Shown here: in pieces, positions 54,859 to 64,000 of the stretch | How positions within the stretch are numbered: position 1 is the stretch's first letter | How the letters are laid out: the number at the start of each line of letters is the position of its first letter | Source of the DNA: Eledone cirrhosa | Lineage: Eukaryota | Direction: 5' to 3' | Length of the DNA: 64,000 nucleotides | Assembly (NCBI GenBank): GCA_964016885.1 | Contig: OZ024742.1 | Location: 179,924,001 to 179,988,000 of the forward strand | Notes under the pieces: model-generated | What the model was told of the DNA's origin: nothing | Databases searched by the model: none | What the model saw: only the letters and a program-made list of their open reading frames with translations | Translations under genes and position numbers: made by a program

Positions 54859-55280
54859 TATATTAATAAAAGGAATTCCAACTTTGTTTGATTTACTCGT
54901 TTTATTTAGAATCCTTTAAAATTTATAATGGTATTAGAATGAAATAGTATGGTAGAATATTAAATGTTAAGTGTTAATTGAACAAGTACTTTTCATGCTT
55001 TCACAATTTTAGTAATTTTGAAGACTAGTTTTAAAGTGTCTTCTCTGTTTTTCTGGCAGATTTTACATTGGAACAGTACCACAGAGTTGAAAATTGCAAA
55101 CTTGACTGTCACCACAGAATATGAACCTGAAGATTGCGAAAGCATGAAAGTACTTGTTCAATTAACACTTAACATTTAATATCCTACCATACTATTTCAT
55201 TCTAATACCATTATAAATTTTAAAGGATTGTAAATAAAACGAGTAAATCAGACAAAGTTGGAATCCCTTTTATTAATATA
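54859..55280. mobile_element. Fold-back HHR unit, ~148-bp arms, spacer carrying a Penelope ORF fragment
   Basis: Arms 54859-55007 and 55133-55280; ends in (TA)n. Confidence 0.85.
55122..55160 (+). ncRNA. Minimal type I hammerhead ribozyme (39 nt)
   Basis: tgaac-CTGAAGA-t tgc gaaa gca t-GAAA-gtac-TT-gttca. Confidence 0.85.
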
Positions 55281-55338
55281 TATATATATATATATACAAT
55301 ATATTAACAAATGGAAACTATATTTATAAAACCATATT

Positions 55339-55404
55339 TATTTCATTATACATATTTCAAGGGCCACCAGAGCAAACTATGGTGCGCTTTCATCAGATAA
55401 AATA
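55339..55404 (-). ncRNA. Type I hammerhead ribozyme, intact core
   Basis: Minus strand: tattttat-CTGATGA-aagcgcacca...tggtggccctt-GAAA-tatgta-TA-atgaaata. Confidence 0.85.
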
Positions 55405-55540
55405 TAATATAGGTTAGTTTTATAAATAAATATTGACATACCCTTAAAAAATGCAACCATTCTGGTTGGAATCTCCCAGATAGAATGGTTGCATTTTTTA
55501 AGGGTATGTCAATATTTATTTATAAATCTAACCTATATTA

Positions 55541-55606
55541 TATTTTATCCGATGAAAACGCACCATAGTTTGCTCTGGTGGCCCTTGAAATATGTATAAT
55601 GAAATA
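55541..55606 (+). ncRNA. Type I hammerhead motif (U4C)
   Basis: Twin of 55339-55404 with a ccgatga core. Confidence 0.75.
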
Positions 55607-55999
55607 AATATGGTTTTATAAATATAGTTTCCATTTGTTAATATATTGTATATTTACTCCAATAATTTGTTGAGTGCTTTATATCAGTTATAAAAATATT
55701 TTGCTTGTTGTATCCCAACAAATTAAATATAACCTCTTCATATATATATATATATATTTTATTTGACACTTGAATTAGAAGGTTTCACCATAACTTTGAC
55801 TAAATTAAATAATCTAATAATAACAGGGCGTATAAAGCAATGCAATGGAAAGAAAGATAGGCATCAACATCTTTATTATATTTGGCAAGCCTTGGTTTTT
55901 ACAGCTCATGATTTTGTATATATGTATGTGTAAGTGTGTGTGTGTGTGTGTGTGGGGGGGTTATTTAGTTTACAGCAGTTATTTAGAATATTTGATGAT

Positions 56000-56860
56000 T
56001 AGTGGCAGGGAATGATATGATCTATAGACTTGGTAATGAAATATCATAGGGAAAAAGCATTCTAATTACTGATAATCTATCAAATCTAGAACTATTTCAA
56101 TAAGAGCAAAACTAGGTTGGATTAGAAAAAAACTGATTGTTCTGCTAAAAATAGATAAGATTATCTGTTAGAAAATAAAATACGATAAACAATGATTTGG
56201 ATACCAGACCATACAGATATCAATGATATCAGGAAAGCAAATCAATTAGCAAAAGAGAGAACACGAAACAAATTAGATATGGATTACATTCCAAATATAT
56301 CACAAGTCAAATCATTCAACAAAACCTAAAGATAAGCAAATTTTATCCTCCATGTTTTTTTGCCAAATTTATCAAATTTAAAAACGTATTAGGTACTGAA
56401 AAAGGTTAATAAGCAAATACTTTGTTGTCATTGAACAGGCCATATACACTTAAACTATATTTTATCAAGAAAAGGTCATATAGAATCATTGCTGTGTTCT
56501 TGTATCCAGAAACTCTGTGGTATTGTTCCAATGTAAAATCTGCCAGAAAAACAGAGAAGACACTTTAAAACTAGTCTTCAAAACTACTAAAATTGGAAGT
56601 GCAATATATTGTCTTATATCTACCGACCATAAGTAAGGTCTTTTAATTCACGAAGGCCACAAAATGATTAAACAACTGAAAGAATAACTGTCTGAGAGAG
56701 AGATGGGAGAACATTTTAAAAACTCATTTTAAAAAACTCCCAAGGCTAAAGATGCAATATGCAGCCAAGAACCTAGCAATCATAAACCAGCTCTTCCAAT
56801 TCAAGGATGCTACAAAATAATTCAACAACAGAAACATTGAACTGCTTTATACCTGTTGTT
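56000..56860 (+). mobile_element. Decayed Penelope-like ORF (GIY-YIG region)
   Basis: From 56511: SVVLFQCKICQK, then after a frameshift RRHFKTSLQ; later LLIHE and KPAL, resembling PLE GIY-YIG motifs. Start approximate. Confidence 0.6.
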
Positions 56861-57031
56861 TATTTTCACCTTACATTTCTTATTTTGTTCCTTGTGCCTT
56901 CCCCTTCTTCACACTCTCTCTCTCTTGATTTTCTTGTTCCTTGTTTATAAGAGGTATTAGATATCTTTCTCACTCTATCATGGCTTACCAGTATTACAAG
57001 GATGTTTAAATTGATTACATAAATAAATAGT

Positions 57032-57379
57032 CATCATCATCATCATCATCATTTCATTTTACGTCCGCTTTTCCCTGCTTGCAAGGGTGGGACGGGAACT
57101 GATTGTGGTTTGATTTCTACAGCTGAATGCCCTTCCTAACACCAACCTCATTTACAGTGAGTGCTGGGTGCTTTTTTGCCGTGGCGCCTACACGTCCACT
57201 TTGCAGTGGCATGATAGGGAACCCAGTCCCTATCATCTCATTTCTACAGCTGAGTAAACTGGAGCAATGTGAAATAAAGTGTCTTGCTCAAGGAAACAAC
57301 ACATCACCCGGTCTGAGAATTGAACTCACAACCTTTCGATTGCAAGGCCAATGCTCTAACCACTAAGTCATGTGCCTCC
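57032..57379 (-). mobile_element. SINE-A full copy
   Basis: Consensus match. Confidence 0.9.
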
Positions 57380-57899
57380 AAATAGTGTATGTACATTTTC
57401 AAAAGAATATAAGAATGTAAAATGAAACATTATTTCCTATTTTTATCAAGATAAATTATATGCAATGCTTGCACTACCAATTTATAATTTATTCTTTTAA
57501 ATAATTAAGCTACCCGATGACTTTACAACAAATGAAATTATTCCTACAATCAAAGAAACCCATAAGAATGTGTGCACTGGTTTCCTTTCGATTTTTCCTT
57601 TCTTTTCAGCTGATGCACTTTGATTTGTAAACTTTATATATTTCATGTTTTCTGTTTTTCATCTTTACCTATGTAAGTCACCGAAAGGCACAATTGTCCT
57701 CTTTATGTTTTTATCTGTTTTGCTGCATCTCAATGTGCATTGGATGAAACAGTATCAAACTTAAAGCTTTGAAACTGCAGTGATATCTAGCAGTTGACAA
57801 AGGAGATAGGACTATATTTTCCATTGCCCTTGTCCTGTGTGACTCACTGTTTTGCAAAATAATATATATATATATATATATATAAACTCCGACCTCACA

Positions 57900-58380
57900 C
57901 ACTTACACCTCTCCAAGACAATGTCACTGGACCGAGACCTTTGGCGGTACTCAGTAACAGAGAAGACCCGCCTTACCTAAATACATAGTAAAACCTACTA
58001 CAGCCAGTAGGCATCTCTAACAAAATACACCCCGTCCCACCACCACCACCCCCACCCCATCCACACCACCCCGTTCTATGTAAAGTTATGTTGGTGCCGC
58101 GCCATCCAGGCCGAAACAAATGAGATCGTGTAGGTGTCACAACAAAAAAACACACAGTCCACGCTGTAATGTGGCCGTGTAGGCAACACGGTAAAAACCT
58201 CCCAGACCCACACTGTAAATGTGGTTGGTGTTAGGAAGGGCATCCAACTGTAGAAAACCTGCCAGACAGTCCTATGCGAGCAAGACAATCACTCTTGCCT
58301 CAAGTGGGACTACCCCCGTCCAAACCCATGCAAGCGTGGAACACGGACGTTAAACGTTGATGATGATGATGATGATGATA
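57900..58380 (+). mobile_element. RTE extreme 3' end (ORF tail and UTR)
   Basis: TMSLDRDLWRYSVTEKT followed by the UTR and (GAT)n. Confidence 0.85.
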
Positions 58381-59932
58381 TATATATACACTGTTCACAT
58401 GTACATACACACACACACACACACACACTCCTGATTATATATGTATGACTGATAAGTTTCAGAAATGCAGTAGAATATATAAAGGTTAGAAGGAAGGAGG
58501 ACAAATAAAACAAAACAAAACAAAGTAATGTTTTTACTCAGTATATTTCAAGGTTACTCTCCTGTTTGCAAATGTAAAAACAAAAACTGTTCAAAACGAA
58601 CAATCGATGGGAGTTATGAGATGCAACCTCTAAGAAGTCCAGTGAAAGTTGTGTGAGTACAAATTATAACAACAATTACTCAAACTCTATTGTACCATTC
58701 AGGGATCAAACTATTTTTTGTTCCATTTTGTTAGTGAAATTGCCAACACTGATTTCCACAGAATTCCTTTTACTATGTACCTGGAGGTTTGGTTTGAACC
58801 GAACTTTGACTAATTTAACCTGACCCATTTCCTTTAGTTTCATTGCTGCTCTTGAATATCTCACAATCTAAATTCTCCAGTCTTATAAATCAAAGATATT
58901 ATTCCAGTATAGAAATCATTAATAAATCTGTCATGCTGGTATTGTAATTGCATCAATAATACATTGTTGTGTCTTATTGCTAACCCTTGATGAAAGTCTC
59001 ATCAATAGTTATGAAATGTTCTCCCTTTTGTGTAGAATGAAAATCAATATAAAATGTATTTCAGATCAATGACTTTTCTTAAGCAAACTTTCATACTTGT
59101 TTGTTTTTATTCCATAATCACATTATGGATACATCTAACTAATTCAGTGTGATTATTTAGAACTAATTATTTAATATAGTTTATAAAGCATTGATCAAAC
59201 AGTTAATTCGTCAGTCGTCTAAGATAGTCTAAGCAATACATTTATCTATAATTTAATATAATATTGGACATAAAGAAGAATCTGAAAGGAAAGAAAAGTA
59301 AACATCAGTTCAGAGTTAACTTCATATATACTTGTAAATGTTTGCTATATTTTCAGATCATAAAATAGCCGAAGAGTTAGTGCATTGAACAAAATGTTTT
59401 GCAATATTTATCTATGCCAAATCGACTTTGCCTTTTGTCCATCTGGAATAAATATATAAAGTATCAGCTTTGGATAGTTGACCAGTGGAATCCTTAGAGC
59501 TTCAAACATGATACCTTGTGTTATTTGTTCTGTCTCATTGCATTTCCAGGTGGAATCCTGATGTTGCCAACTTGGGTTGGGTGGTAGATTAATCCATCAC
59601 CCAGTTTAACACTACCAGCTATAGTTGACCCCTAGTAATGTCTACTCTGTTGTAAGCACTTAGGCCAAGTTTTCAGTTAGAAGTTACCTTCCCCTTTATG
59701 GGGAATGTGAAAAGGATTACAAGCTTTGCCATCCATTCTGACTAAATTGTACAAAGAAAATATTTTAACTATGTTTTATTCTAAAATACGGAGTCTCGTA
59801 AAATGGGTTGTAGTGGCACTACTGAAGACTTTACTCTAATTCATTATATTAGGTTGTAAGAAAATCAATGTATCAAAGATAAATTTCAAGTTTTCAATGT
59901 TGTATAATTCTACTACTGTCAGGTTTGTGCAC

Positions 59933-60392
59933 AGTTGGTAATAAGCCCAGATCAGATGTGAAATATAGATGTCCAAAGTTGGTAATAAGCCCAGATCAGA
60001 TGTGAAATGTAGATGCCCAAAGTTGGTAATAAGCCCAGATCAGATGTGAACTATAGATGCCAAAGTTGGTAATAAGCCCAGATCAGATGTGAAATGTAGA
60101 TGCCCAAAGTTGGTAATAAGCCCAGATCAGATGTGAAATGTAGATGCTCAAAGTTGGTAATAAGCCCAGATCAGATGTGAAATGTAGATGTCCAAAGTTG
60201 GTAATAAGCTCAGGTCAGATGTGAAATGTAGACCCCCCCTATCCCCTAGTTGGTAATAAGCCCACATCAGATATGAAATGTAGGCCTCCAAGAGATGTGA
60301 AATATAGGCCTCCAAAGCCAATAATAGGCCTAGAACAGATGTGAAATATAGGTCCCCAAAGCTGGATGTGAAGTGTAGATCCCTAAAGCTGG
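59933..60392. repeat. 44-bp minisatellite (~8 conserved units, then decaying)
   Basis: agttggtaataagcccagatcagatgtgaaatgtagatgcccaa starting at 59933, 59977, 60021, 60064, 60108, 60152, 60196, 60248. Confidence 0.95.
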
Positions 60393-60394
60393 AA

Positions 60395-60700
60395 ACGACA
60401 TCCCACCTTGTCTAAAATCTATGGCAAACTCCCTCGAGCCTCTGCCCTTCTAAAATCCCAGAAGGCTCAATTTGCTGGCCACTGTCACCGTGCCAGCAAT
60501 GAAATCATATCCGCTCTCTTGCTCTGGAACCCTGACTCCAGCCTGACTAGGAGTAGGAAGCTGTCATTCCCTGACGTTATCTCTAGGGATACGGGAATCA
60601 GCAGACAGGACCTGGGGGCAGCGATGGGGGACAGGGGATTCTGGGGCATGAGAGTGAGATCCATCATCTCGACAGTAGTCGACGAGTGGTGGTGGTGGTG
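60395..60700 (+). mobile_element. RTE-like LINE 3' end with (TGG)n tail
   Basis: IYGKLP...FAGHCHRASNEIISALLLWNP...AMGDRGFW. Confidence 0.8.
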
Positions 60701-61111
60701 GACTACTGATGTGAAAGGTAGGTCTCATTTTGAATTGTTCATTAAGTATTTTAGTAATTTGTGTTACATACTTATGGTTTTAGTATGTTCATGTGTATAT
60801 GCATGTAGATGTAATGTAAATCATGTTATTACAAGTAATTGAGCAGAATTGAAGGGCTAGAACTTGAGGAGAGTAGGCCTCCTTTAAAATTGTAGCCCAT
60901 GCCAGCTGGCTTATCTAATCTCCCTTTCTGTTCAGGTCAGACTACAGTAAATTATGTGAGCTAAACCATTTTGTAGTACTTCGTTAAATACACAACTCTT
61001 TCAAAAGTAACTATCTTTGTAATAGATATAGCATGATGCCAGGGAGAAGATATGAACCACATACTCTTGCCTGGTAATGCCTTAACCTATCAATTTGACC
61101 ACCTGAATTAA

Positions 61112-62046
61112 CTGTATATATATAAAATTAAGTATGTGTGTGTATGTCTGAGTATTACCTATAGGGGCCGACATCTTACGACCGATTTTCATGAAACTTT
61201 ACAGGCTCATAGATTAGTCATCGGAGAGTGTTTTCTATATATCAACGTATCGTTCCTTTTTATTCCGGGGTCATTCTGCAGATAAAAATCGATAGGGGGT
61301 GTCACCCTTTTTTAGATATCGAAAAATAAGAATTTTGGCTCTAGCTCCCACATTTTGCCACCGATTTCGTTCAAATTTTAAAGCAAAATAGAATTTAGCA
61401 TTGCATATCCTTTACTGGCTTTATATTTTACATTTGTTGTTCAGGGACGGCGTGGCAGCCGCTTAAATATTCAAAAATACGACTTTTAGACTCAAATTTC
61501 CACCTTTTCGGCTCTAGCTCCCACATTAATCAACCTACTTTGTTCAAATTTTACACTACGCTAGATCTGATTATTTCACGTCTTAAAGTGGCTTTAAATT
61601 TTGGATTTTCTTTTCAGAAACGGTGTGGCAGCTGCTTAAATATTCGAAAATACCACCTTTTCGCTCAAATTTTTGCCTTTTCGGCTCTAGCTCCCACATT
61701 TTTCAACCGATTTCATTCAAATTCGAAACCTATCATTGCACATCTTATAGATAGCCAAAGGCAAAACGATGGCCACTGACGTCGTCTGAGCTTTTAGTTG
61801 TGTATTTGGGAATTCATGGATTTCTAATCAAGTAGCGTGAGGAAATTTGGCTTAGTGTTAGAGGTCATTACCTCCCTGCCCCAGTCACCCGCGTTTCTCA
61901 GTGATAGAGGTCATCGCCACCCTCCCCCCGCATGGCCTGCGTGTGGCTACAGTTGAGTCATCGAGAAGCAGTTGCTAAGATCTACACCTTTTCATGAAAG
62001 CAGATATTATTTTATCTACCCAGGCAACGCTGGGTACGGCTGCTAG
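61112..62046 (+). mobile_element. Non-autonomous Helitron
   Basis: 5' ctgtatatatataaaa; 3' hairpin taccca...tgggta (62017-62036) then CTAG|T; internal ggctctagctcccacatt three times. Confidence 0.8.
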
Positions 62047-63359
62047 TTTATTTTAAAATTACCACCATATACATGTTATTGCCATGTATTAACTCTTAAT
62101 ATCATGTAATGATTTAGTGTAAAATGTCTAAAATGTGTTTGTTAATTCAAATATTTACTAATAGACAAATTGTTGTGAACATTTACAGTTTAAGAGCAAA
62201 GACTTAAATATTTAATATGATGCAGTCATAGTTCTGTTTTATAGTTTTATACTCAGTGAGGTTTCATATGGTACAAGAAGTTAAGAGTTAAGTTATTGCT
62301 TGTTGTTTTATGATTCTTTCTGAATGTTCTTCGATGGATATTTTAAATATTTATGTACATATCTCCTCATCCATTTTGTAAAATAATAACTAAGTTCCAG
62401 TTACAATACCAAAGGCTGGTAAGTAATCCTTTTGATACCAAACCACCTGAAACTACTCCTACTTATTTTAAAGTGTTTATAGTTATCTAAAATCCTTATA
62501 TCCTGATTTTAGGAGAAACTTTTGTTATATTCCTATCACCAGATGAATAATGAGAAAGATAATTGTATTACTAAATCCATTCAAATTCTTCATTATTCTA
62601 AAACTGATTTGAACATCATAGACTGTGGCTTTCATAAGAAATATAATAATGAAATGGTTAACTAAAAGTTTGATTCCCTCATTCAAATTAAAAAAAACAA
62701 CATACAAGTGTAATTATCTATTGAACTTCAGAAAAAAGAATGTTTTGTGCTTCTGCTTATCTATAAAATCAGATAGCTTAGTGGTTAAGGATTGAACGCA
62801 TGAAAATAAAGTCATGGGCTTGATTTCCAGAACAGGCATCACATGTTATTGAGCAAATGCTTTATATTTGGTTTCCCCTTCTTCCAGGAATTGCGACAAG
62901 CAGAAAGTATCAACGGTGGAAAAACTAGTGGAAACATTGATTCTTTGGTTTTATTAGGAGATAGGCTCCTTTCCTTTTTTATCTACAAAAGTCCATAGAA
63001 ACACTATATTTTTCATCTTAATGAATCTGGTTTCTCAGAACTCCTGATTGATCAGTTGCCAATGGAAAAGATTAATAAACATTGGTAACATTATAAAAAA
63101 ATCTTTAACCCTTTTGTGACTATAATTCTAATAAAATACACAGCCTATATGTTTCAGTTAGTCTTGAAAATAATCAAAGATTTTGAAGGATTTAGTAAAA
63201 TAAACCATCTTTAAGCTAGTATTTGGAATATAACTTAAATGTTTCTTATATGAAATCATAACGAAAGATGTGAATTTAAATATGGACACTTTAAAATTGG
63301 AGGCTTTGGGTGGGCTGGTGTCAGTAGAGATAAGCATAAACTATATATTATATTAAAGG

Positions 63360-63885
63360 GCAATTGGCTAGAAATTCTGTAAGGTGCACACAGGATGTAC
63401 AAGAGATGTAGTGGGATGGCAGGCTGGTCAACAGAAAAGATAGATTTTGTATGTGGTAGATGCACAGGAGTAGTAAGCACTAAGAGCATATGTGGAATTA
63501 ATAACTTCAGTTGCCAGGGAGGCTCATTAAAAATAGTTTACAGCTTTCGTTACCTAGACAATCAAATTAGCAGTTGGGGAGTATGTTTTGAAAGTGTGAT
63601 AGCTAGGATAAGAACAGTCTGGAAGAAGTTTGAAGACTGATACTGCTGTTGACAACAAAGAGCTTTTCTCTCAGAATAAAGGGTAGACGAATATGGTGCC
63701 TGTGTGTGAACTGCAATGCTACATGACTGCAGATCTGTGGAGGTTAAAAAGAAACGAATTCAGTTTGTTCCAATGGATGTGTAATATTAGTGTGCATGAG
63801 TGACAGAGAATAAGCAAACTGAGGGAAAAACTTGGCTTAAGAGGAATTGGATGCAGTGTGCAAGAGAGAAGGCTGCATTGATATG
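63360..63885 (+). mobile_element. Decayed RTE fragment
   Basis: DFVCGRCTG, SFRYLD, SVIARIRTVWKKF. Confidence 0.85.
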
Positions 63886-64000
63886 ATACCAGTCATTGGG
63901 TATGACACCACGCTGTACTTATGATTGATTATTCATCTGACCAGCTCTTAACTTATCATACCAGATTTTTTTAGCATCACTGTATGGTCAAATATATTCA

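Larger units (their letters stand above)
55292..55740. mobile_element. Fold-back HHR unit, ~172-bp arms (55292-55653) plus right-hand extension
   Basis: 18-nt loop at 55464-55481; (TA)n on both sides. Confidence 0.85.

Noticed and set aside
57505-57705. ccgatga...gaaa and ctgatgc...gaaa HHR-like words
   Set aside because: No convincing stems I/II.
59933-60392. CRISPR-like array
   Set aside because: Contiguous units without unique spacers, eukaryotic context, no cas genes.

Overview
AT-rich, repeat-dominated animal genomic DNA; the SINE/RTE families and dense (TA)n/(CAT)n microsatellites suggest an octopus-like cephalopod (inference). No host protein-coding gene could be supported. The window is a mosaic of decayed retroelements (RTE, CR1/L2-like, R4/Dong-like, CRE-like, Penelope-like), three tRNA-derived SINE families, two Helitron derivatives, a Tc1/mariner end and minisatellites. 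The most striking signal is a set of about a dozen type I hammerhead ribozyme (HHR) motifs, read by eye as stem I-CUGANGA-stem II-GAAA-short palindromic stem III-UH-stem I. They sit in short Penelope pLTR-like units embedded in (TA)n tracts. Six of these units are head-to-head fold-back palindromes (1810-2270, 47448-48040, 48167-48355, 54101-54296, 54859-55280, 55292-55653), always with the plus-strand ribozyme in the right arm and its antisense or minus-strand twin in the left arm. Boundaries of decayed elements are approximate, and all family assignments come from motif recognition without database searches.
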